64,000 nt of DNA from Adineta vaga. Its lineage: Eukaryota; Animalia; Rotifera. This document shows positions 54,542 through 64,000 of this stretch, piece by piece; within the stretch, counting starts at the first letter, position 1; each line of letters begins with the position of its first letter. A model generated the notes under the pieces. The model saw nothing but the letters and a program-made list of their open reading frames with translations, had not been told where the DNA came from and made no database searches. The stretch is from the NCBI GenBank assembly GCA_021613535.1, contig CP075493.1:9610001-9674000 (forward strand). The letters are read 5' to 3'. Both the position numbers and the translations under genes were made by a program.

Positions 54542-55589
54542 TTAGAAAAATACCATCAATATAAATGGTACCAGAAAGAATGATAATTTCGTGTTTGATC
54601 CGACTAGTGTATTAGCAGAATTCATCGTTTCATTCAACCAAGTTTGGTAAGCGGCGACGCGAGTATAGACACCTGACTTGCCTGCTTCGGCACATCCATC
54701 TCCATAACTAGTCAAGCCAACTAATACCCATTGATTGTTTGAATTAAACATCATTAGTGGACCGCCCGAATCACCTTGACACGTATCTACAGAAAAACAA
54801 ACGGAGATCAATAATCGATGATGACAGATATTATTGAAAGAAATCAATGATAAATACCTTTACCACCACCAGATACTCCAGCACATAGGTGTTTATGCCA
54901 ATCTGTAATAAATGGGCTACAAGCTGATGCCGTGTAACTCACTGTTTGTAGGGTCACCTGTTGAAGAGTTGTTGGTAATGAGCCACCGTCGCTTAATCTA
55001 CCCCATCCAACAGCAACAACCTAATTATGAAACTTAAAACTAGGTATTAACAAAGAAAAACACTCACGGTAGTGCCAGCTGCTGGCCATTCACCAGCGGC
55101 AAGTGTTGCTGAACTAACAGATGGTAGACAAATCGTGTTGATCGCAATATCAGACATTGTTAATGGAGTTGTTAGTTTTATCAAGGCAATATCATTTACA
55201 TAAGTATCTGTATCGTAACCGGAATGAACAATAATTTTTGATGCGACTCGAGTTTGAGTACCGACCCATCGTTGAATTGATCCTGCATAAATTATCACAG
55301 ACGATGGTGTTTGACCAATGACACAATGTGCTGCAGTAAGAACCCATGAATCAGATATGATTGATCCACCACAGAGATATGAATTAGCAATTGAAATCGA
55401 AACTGCCGATCCCCATGTTGCTGAACTAGCGGCTTCACCACCAACAATACGTGTTACGGTTGCTGAATTTTTGGAACAACCACATTTTGCAGTAGCATTA
55501 CATGTGTAAGAGACCTGATTACTTAATCCAATGGAACTTAATAGAATTATGGCTAATAATTGTATGTTTTCCCTCCAAAATATTTTCAT
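54542..55589 (-). CDS. Trypsin-like serine protease, copy A (hydrophobic GPI-signal-like tail)
   Basis: Signal peptide, R-IVGG, TAAHC, NDIAL, KDTCQGDSGGP; two introns; ends NSAN..KLSFFLVPFILMVFF. Confidence 0.92.
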
Positions 55590-56731
55590 TGTTCGGATCA
55601 ATAGTTTAAACTTTAAGACGAATATATGAGTCGAGCAAGAATAATTGTTTTGCAAGTTGTTTTTCGTTTCACTTTCTCTTATGTACTTTTTTTTCCCTAT
55701 ACTTTCATACTTCTGCACATTTAATGCACTTGCGTTCTTTTTGGTGAATTCTCTGCCTATTTTTTTATTTATTTAATCATGACGATATGATTTAGAAAAA
55801 GAACATTGTTACCGTCGTAAAGAAACCTGTATGTTGTCCTCTTTACTTTTGCTTTAACTGTTGACTGAGGTTAGTCATCAGTGAAGGAAGTAAAAAATCA
55901 TGCTATTTAAAGAAAAAGTAAACTTTAAATGCAAAATACGTATTGCGTTTTTTGGAAGAAACCGTCTTGTAAAGTTGAGAGCGAATGTTGTCATCGTTAC
56001 TTGGTTAGTTTTTGATTATGAAAAATAAACAACTATTCTTCTGCTTCGTTTGATTTTTTTTCACTCTCAAACAAATGACGTCTGGTGAAAGTTTCATCGA
56101 AAACAACACATAAATAAAAATTCTCTTCGAATAACGAGAACATTTTGTTAACCTCACTACGTACGACGAAAATTAATCGATATCTCCATAGCCATAGAAG
56201 ATTTATTAGTTCTAACATATTCCTTTAATAATTATTGATTATTAATAGAATGAAATACCTTTTATTCACTATTAAAACACTGTCAACAAACTTTGAGTTA
56301 TGTTCAATGGGAGAATTAAGTTGCTACATAAGTTATCAACTGGATTAAATGCAAATTGCACACAGTAAACATGAGATATCAAGTCTATATGACTTTGATT
56401 CATGCAAGAAAGAAGAAACTATAACATTTTGTCTATACAATGCTGTGCGTTATAATCAATAAAAATAAGTGATAAGGAAATGGGTACGTCAACATTAATT
56501 TGTCGTTCGATTGTCTACAACTAAGTAACTTAATCATGGAAAAAAACTATTAAATAATTTTCATTCGAAAAAATTTTTATTCGAGTAAGAACAGTATAAA
56601 AAAAGTGGCTTAGTTTGTTTTGAGAAATCTTTTGAACAACGAAATAAAGTCATATTTATATCGTCATTTAAATAGATTATTTCAAATAAATTGATTCACA
56701 TAATTGTATACATTGAAATAAACTAAACGAC

Positions 56732-58058
56732 TTAAAAAAACCAGAAAAATGGACGGCGGCGAGTTGTCGAAGTTGCACGACTAGTTGTTCTTAATGGAGT
56801 AGTGACACTATTTCCTTTAGTTGATGTAGATCGAGTAGTTGAGGTTGATCTAGTGGTTGACGGAGATCGCGTAGTGGATGTTGATCGTGTAGTTGAGGTT
56901 GATCTAGTGGTTGACGGAGATCGTGTAGTTGATGTAGATCGAGTAGTTGATGTAGATCGAGTAGTTGATGTAGATCGAGTAGTTGAGGTCGATCTAGTGG
57001 TTGATGTTGACCGAGTAGTTGAAGTGGAACGAGTCGATGCCGTAGACGTAGTAGTCGAAGAAGATACTGTTGAAACAGTACCATTAGTATTTGCATTTAT
57101 CCAACTAACATATGCAGCAATACGTGTGTAGATACCCGCATATGCTGCTTGAGCACAACCGATTCCATTACTAGTCAAGCCAACTAATACCCATTGATTA
57201 TTTGAATTAAACATCATTAGTGGACCGCCCGAATCACCTTGGCACGTATCTACAGAAAAACAAACGAACGTCAATAATCGATGATGAAAGATATTGTTGA
57301 AAGAAATCAATGATAAATACCTTTACCACCACCAGATACTCCAGCACACAGTTGTGTATGCCAATCTGTAATATATGCACTACAAGTTGATGCTGTGTAA
57401 CTAATTGTTTGTACGGTCACTTGTTGTAGAGTCGTTGGTAATGAGCCACCTTCAGTTAATGTACCCCATCCAACAGCAACAACCTAATTATGAAACTTAA
57501 AACTAGGTATTAACAAAGAAAAACACTCACGGTAGTGCCAGCTGCTGGCCATTCACCAGCGGCAAGTGTTGCTGAACTAACAGATGGTAGACAAATCATG
57601 CTGATCGAAGTATCAGACATTGTTAATGGAGTTGTTAGTTTTATCAAGGCAATATCATTTACATAAGTATCTGTATCGTAACCGGAATGAACAATAATTT
57701 TTGATGCTACTCGAGTTTGAGTACCGGCCCATCGTTGAGTTGATCCTGCGTAGATAGTAACTTTTGATGCTGAATAGCCATTAACACAATGTGCTGCAGT
57801 AAGAACCCATGAATCAGATATGATTGATCCACCACAAAGATATGAGTTATCAATTGAAATTGAAACTGCCCATCCCCATGTTGCTGAAGTAGCAGCTTCA
57901 CCACCAACAATACGTGTTACAGTTGCTGAATTTTTGGAACAACCACATGATGTCGTTTTATTACATGTGTAAACTGTTTGATCACTTGATTTGATTAGAC
58001 TGACTAGCAGTAATGCGAAAAGTTGAAACGTAGTTTTATTTAATGAAAAGCTCACCAT
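56732..58058 (-). CDS. Trypsin-like serine protease, copy B (Ser/Thr/Arg repeat tail)
   Basis: Same exon structure and catalytic triad as copy A; tail of STTRST repeats ending RRRPFFWFF. Confidence 0.92.
56819..57040 (-). repeat. Coding 18-bp tandem repeat, (STTRST)n, about 11-12 units
   Basis: Repeating gttgatgtagatcgagta-like units on the + strand. Confidence 0.9.
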
Positions 58059-59936
58059 AAGAGCTGATTGTATGTATAAATCTGAAATATATTTTTTTTT
58101 TCTAAAAACTGCAGGTTATAAATTATATTGATGATCACATTTATTTCTCATTATATACATTTATGATATGCAAACCTTTCAATAATACGTCAATTCATAT
58201 TTGATGTTATATACCACCTAATGTTTATAGAATGTTCTCATATTTTGCCAAATTAAATGTATAGTTCTATTGATACTGCGTCAATACATATGAATCATAT
58301 ATTCAAAGAAACACAGCAACAGTGATTGTAACAGTGAGAGGAAATATGTACTTTTTTCTTTTTTTCCACCGGTTACCTGACTTCATACATAAGAAGGTGC
58401 AAAAAAAGTAGCTTATTTACCACGTATTGACTGGGTTTTTTTCTAGAACTATTGTTGCCATTAGTTTGTTTTTAACATCAACAAGTGGGCTGTATATTCA
58501 TAATCAAACAAAAGCACACGATTTTCGAAGTCTGCACATTAAATGATCCTTTGCAGAAAGCAAGAAAAAAATTGTTTTTTTCTCACATATGTTTTATGTC
58601 TTAGCAATCAGAAAAAGAAGGGAAGTAGCGTGGTTGATTCAATGATTTAGAACTTAGTATTACTAATAAGAAAATACTGTTCACACCTGTACGTCATATT
58701 GTATGAGTAATTTGTTTAAAGTACATCAGAATTACTTTTTTTCTTCTTCCTACTGTACGTCACGATACTTCTCGAAATTTTCATTAAGACGATGGGTTTC
58801 TCTGTTGAGGTAAACAACATGAAAATTTTGAAGCACAATAATGTTGCTCTCTTCTTTTATATTCATCGTAGATGCTAATCATGTGCTGTCAATCGAGAAC
58901 AAATTTGACATTAGTTTCACTCAACCTAACATTCCAATAATTAATTGATAAAAAAAATTTCACTATTGATGTATATTTGTTATCTGTAACAGAAAACAAA
59001 AGTTATGTTGTTTGAGTATTTACTGATGGAAAATGTTTTTTTTTGCATAATCAAAGATGTTTTCAGTCTCTATTTATGTAAATTGATATACTGATACATT
59101 CTTACCTGTTTAAATATGAAAAGATATTTCAATAATGATCTTTTCGCTGCCTCTTAATTAGATTACTGATTCTATTTAGTTCCTACATTCTGTACGGAAC
59201 TCTATATTTGACTTTTAATGTTTTCCAGAAAATTTATTTTATCACAAATGATTCATTTCTATTTAAATAACTTCATTGAATCGAACAGTACATACTAAAT
59301 ATAAAACCATCGATCTGTTCTTAAGCTTTTTTTCTTTGTCATCTATGAAACCATATGAGATGTGTTACATGCATATTCGTGTTATCTTCTTCCCATATAT
59401 CTTCTGTCATTATGATTATCTTAACTATGGGAGAATTCTGTTGAGTTGGATAAACTCCCACTGTACAATCATTGGCATATAAATATACATACAATTAACT
59501 TATAAATTACAGATCTGATGCATTTTATCAAAAACACATATCTGTCATAAAACTTTAGCCTTTCAAATACCGTTATCCTCGAACTAAAGACAATCAGATT
59601 ATTCACTCTTTCGTAAGAAGATCGTTACTATATAATAGATTACATATATTCAGTGGATTCCGCAAAGTTGAACGCTAGCGAGAGTGATGCTTCGACTATT
59701 TTCTCTATGTTCGTATAGAAAGAAAGATTTGTCAGTATCCATGAGTTTAATCATAATGGTGGTTGCTTCGAGAACCTAAAGTAAATATATTTCTATCCAA
59801 TTATAACCTAAACTTCAAAGTAAACGATGATGGAGATGACTTTTCCTGAAATGTATGATGATATCTGTATATTTTATCATGTCTCTTTTAAGAAGTGTTC
59901 TATTAATATTGTTTAAATAAAAATTAACATTACAAT

Positions 59937-61561
59937 ATGATCAAATCGTGGTATCGCTGTAATCTTATAGTTCTTGCTTCTATCTACTTTATATTGCCGA
60001 ACTGTGTACTCGGTAATATCAAATGGCACGGAAGAAACTGGGCTATGGCGTGTGATTTTCATGGAAATGACCTTTCTAATGTTCGAAGTCCAGGAAGACT
60101 TTGTAGTACAAAATGTGCTCAGACTTCCAGATGTACTCATTATGCATGGAATAATTGGAACGGTGGTACGTGTTGGATGAAATCTGGACGTGTTTCTAAA
60201 AGTGATGCTTTCTCGAGTTCGGACCAAACTATGGTTTGCGGCGTATTAAGTGAAAATCCCAAAACAAAAGTATGCAATAAAAAAAGTAAGCAATTCTATA
60301 GTTTTAAATTCTAAATAGAAAATTTAAAAGATCTTTTCAGAGTTGTTAGGGTAGGGTACCAAATAAAATTTAGTTCGAATATATTTTTCTTCGCTTCTAC
60401 TTTTGTAACATTAACTCGACCATTATATTTAATATTGTTGTATTTAAACATAATTTAAGAACGAAAAAAAAACCTTTCATGTTTTATTTTAGAACCGAAC
60501 TTAAAAGGATGGCATCTTGTTTGGGAAGATAATTTTGATCAGAATGGTACCGTTGATACTGAAAAATGGGATTTTGATGTTGGTGGACATGGTTATGGTA
60601 AGTATTTTGAAGTTTTCTATTCAATATCATTGGTTTTTTGTATATGTTTTTCTTTTCATATTTAGGTAACAATGAGAAACAATATTATACAAATAATCGA
60701 TGGGAAAATGTACGTTGTGAATTATTTCCAGGTAATAGTACGAATGGTCGTCTTATCATTGAAGCACATAAAGTAGGATTAGATACAGAAAGTGTGCACA
60801 TTTATATACATCAAAATTTAGGAACCCATGGAAAACTCTGCTTATACTTCGGCTCGTCTTAAAAGCAAAGGTAAATGGACGTATGGTCGTTTACAAATTC
60901 GTGCTAAATTACCGGCAGGTCGTGGTTTATGGCCAGCACTTTGGATGGTATAAATTTTTATTCAATCTCATTCCATTTCTTTTCCATCTATATCTAATAT
61001 ATCATAGTTGCCTGAAAAATCAACTCATAGTAAGACGTATTGGCCAGATAACGGTGAAATTGATCTGATGGAACAGGTGGGTTATGAACCATCACGTATT
61101 CATTCAACTATACATACAAAGGCGTATAATCATATGATTAATACTCACATAGTGAATTCTGTAATTATTTCTGATGCTACATCAACTTTCAAAATCTATA
61201 CACTTGATTGGAATGCGAATGAAATTCAAACATATGCTGGAGATGATAATAATCCATTTTCTATAAATATTTTTTCTTATAAGAAACAAGGCGATTGGAC
61301 AAAATGGTAAACGAAATGAATTTTAAAACGAAAATAAATGAAACTTGTACGATTTCTAGGCCATTTGATAAACCATTCTTTGCGATTATGAATCTTGCTG
61401 TCGGTGGTAATTGGTAAGAAGAGAAGAAGATAGAAGTGTTGATATTTTCTAAAAAATAGATTTACCGCTTCTTTTCTAGGGGTGGCTTACGTGGTATCGA
61501 TGATAGTGTTTTTCCTGCTCGAATGGAGATTGATTGGGTACGCTTTTATCAGCGGCGTTAA
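59937..61561 (+). CDS. Secreted PAN/apple-domain + GH16 beta-1,3-glucanase (laminarinase-like)
   Basis: Signal peptide; CDFHGNDL..C...C....RCTHYAW...GTCWMK (PAN); WHLVWEDNFD, GNNEKQYYT, YTSARL, GRGLWPALWM, GEIDLMEQVG (intact ExDxxE), MNLAVGGNWGG. Confidence 0.9.
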
Positions 61562-62406
61562 ACCTCTTGATTAGAAATTATCTTTCTTATCTTTTTCATG
61601 TATCATTGTCATCATACATGTTTTCTATGTACTTCTAATAAAGGGAAAATTTAATAAAAGTAAATGAGAATTGAATAAAGTAATGAATTGCTGTCAGAGC
61701 TCTGCGAAAGAATCGACATGAAAGAATATATTGAAGTCATGATTCATTATTGCTTTATGAGTATCAACCGTATGATTTCAAGATCGATAAAAACGAATCC
61801 ATCTTACAACTAATCGTTAATGTTTTATTAAAGTTCGACCCTAACCTAGCGACACCTCCGACAGCAACATACGGATAGCAGTGTGTCAACAATATTCAAG
61901 TCGACTAATCAAATAATCGTTTGTCTCTTTTCTGCTTTTTGTTTCGTTTATATAAACGAATAATTCAATCACAATTTCTATACGTACAATCCTAAATCTT
62001 AAACAAAGACTTCAGAAATATCTTTCTTCATCGACATCTGAAAAGAAAGTGTTCGATTCGAACTATGTCATGTAAAATCAGTTGTTAAGAATAGAGCCAC
62101 ACCTTTTTTCTGTAACATTCGGGTTCGAGCGATAAAAGAAATGTTAATATTGAAGCTTATCAAAAATTCTTCCTACTGTTTTGTTTTGTTTTTCTTTTCT
62201 TTTCTTGTGAAACGCGCACGTGGTTACGTATCAATATATCATGCAATATCTCGAAAGACAAAGAAGTACTTGTGAAGATAAATCTATAGAGATGATGCAA
62301 TTCAAAGTAAGACAGAAATAGTTGCTTCCTAGACGAGTTTATCAGATGTAATCATTAAATTTGTGTTTTTGCTTAAAATATTTACAAAAATTTATATTCA
62401 TTTTAG

Positions 62407-64000
62407 ATGTCTAATCAGGACTCTATATCAAGTAATGTAAGAAAACGAAGAAGAATAATAATCATATAATATTAATCATTTTGTTTTGTTCGTCTAGGTA
62501 AATACACATGTAACAAGTTTATTTGGTCCAGTCGATGACGATGATGATTATGACGATAATGAACAAGTACCACGATCACCATTTGTTCTTACTGGTCTAC
62601 CACCAGAAGTGAGTTATACATACATTTACAAATTATTTTATCTGAAATATTATATTTTTAATAGCCACAAGAAGGTCATATTGAATATAAATTAAAACTA
62701 ATTGATCCACATCCAGATCGTCTTGAACATTTAATAACTCAAATGAATTGGCGATTACAAGAAGGACAAGGTGAAGCATTATACGAAATTGGCGTCGAAG
62801 ATTGTGGAACATTAAGTGGTGTTAGTCACGAAGAATTACAAGCATCGTTAGTAACATTGAAAAAAATGGCAGATAGATTAGGCGCATCGATTACAATTTT
62901 ATTTCAACGTCAGTTAGACAATGAAAGACATATTGTTGAAGTTCTCATTCGAAAAGTTCCTGATGATCAACATTTTATTGATTTACGTGTTGCTGCTTTA
63001 GGAACGGTTGATAGTGGTAAGAGTTCATTAGTGGGTGTTTGTACCCATGGTGAATTAGATAATGGACGTGGACGAGCACGATTAAATTTATTTCGACATT
63101 TACATGAAATTCAAAGTGGAAGAACATCATCTATAACACATGAAATTCTTGGATTTGATGATTTAGGAAAAGTAAGATAATGATTTGGACATCTTTCTTT
63201 CGAAAAGAATTCAAATGTCATTCGTTCTTTTTTCAAGAGTATTGATTATCGTACTTGTCAAACGGCACGTGAAATATGTGATCGATCAACTAAAAGTGAA
63301 TATAATCAATTTGGTTTTCTTATTATTTTAAAGAATTCTATGAACTTCTTTTTAGTTATCACTTTTACTGATTTAGCTGGTCATTCGAAATATGTAAAAA
63401 CAACTATTTTTGGTCTTTCGGCAAATGCTGCTGATTTTGCAATGTTATGTGTTGATGCGCCATCAAGTGTTGGTCCGTTCAATTGTCTTCAAATATGAAA
63501 ATCATTATTTTTCTCTTACCTTTTTAGTTGATACAACTCGTGAACATTTTTCTTATGCAATTACGTTAGATGTTCCTGTCTTCATAGTTATCAATAAAAT
63601 TGATTTATGTTCAGAAACAAGTATACAACAAACAATCGGATGTTTAACATATCTACTTAAACATGGAAATACATCGAATCAATTAGAACCTTTTATTATT
63701 GATAAACATGAAGATCTGATTAAAGTAGCAGAGAGATTCGTTCAGAAAAGTATATGTCCAATATTTACGATATCATGTGTAACTGGTAAAAATATTGATC
63801 TATTGAAAAAATTTCTTAATATTTTACCACCAAGATTGAGTAGTAAAGAACAAGAAAGATTTTCACAGTTACCAGTTGAATATCGAGTAAGAATTTTGTT
63901 GGTTTTCGTTTTTCGATTTATGGTCTAACTGTCTGCAATTGTATTCTAGATTGACGCCATTTATATAAACAATATATCAGGTTCAGCGATTATCGGCGGA
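62407..64000 (+). CDS. GTPBP2: GTP-binding protein 2 (translational GTPase), runs off the window
   Basis: LPPE|PQEGHIEYKLKL, QMNWRLQEGQGEALYEIGVED, DSGKSSL, LDNGRGRARLNLFRHLHEIQSGRTSSI, DLAGH, INKID. Confidence 0.93.

Noticed and set aside
56819-57040. CRISPR-like regular repeats
   Set aside because: Head-to-tail 18-bp coding repeat with no unique spacers, in a eukaryotic gene.
56791-57131. ORFs 56791-57096 (-) and 56802-57131 (+) with VDVDRV / LLDLHQ repeats
   Set aside because: Alternative-frame and antisense shadows of the STTRST coding repeat.
61830-61860. GTTCGACCC tRNA B-box-like motif
   Set aside because: No cloverleaf or A-box can be built around it.

Overview
AT-rich eukaryotic (metazoan) genomic DNA, gene-dense, with many ~50-70 bp GT-AG introns. 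The style and the presence of non-metazoan-type enzymes best fit a bdelloid rotifer; this is an inference, not a database result. About 25 protein-coding genes are supported: IPO9 (3' part), a DEG/ENaC channel, eIF3d, phosphorylase kinase gamma, an unannotated amidated-neuropeptide precursor, a calmodulin-like protein, AMPK gamma, NPF, an OTU protease, a TspO-like membrane protein, RPL21, MRPL16, a peptide-type GPCR, MRPS6, a 2OG-Fe(II) oxygenase, GABARAPL2/Atg8, an orphan membrane protein, a BAHD acyltransferase, Rho, CYHR1, DHFR, UFM1, Trm9, NCBP2, SGK, two tandem trypsins, a PAN-GH16 glucanase and GTPBP2 (5' part). Most notable: (1) an operon-like DHFR-UFM1-Trm9-NCBP2 cluster with 31-124 bp stop-to-start spacers and a 3' splice acceptor directly before each ATG, suggesting a trans-spliced polycistron; (2) three dissimilar alternative N-terminal exons of AMPK gamma that all end in an LxxIxE-type PP2A-B56 docking motif; (3) a hidden three-exon neuropeptide precursor (KR...GLWRSGIV-GRRR); (4) an 840-bp Mutator-like element with a 9-bp TSD, a FLYWCH-only ORF and terminal hairpins in direct rather than inverted orientation; (5) horizontal-transfer candidates (BAHD, GH16, 2OG oxygenase); (6) three single-base frameshifts that are probably assembly errors. 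Exon boundaries were read by eye and may be off by a few bases.
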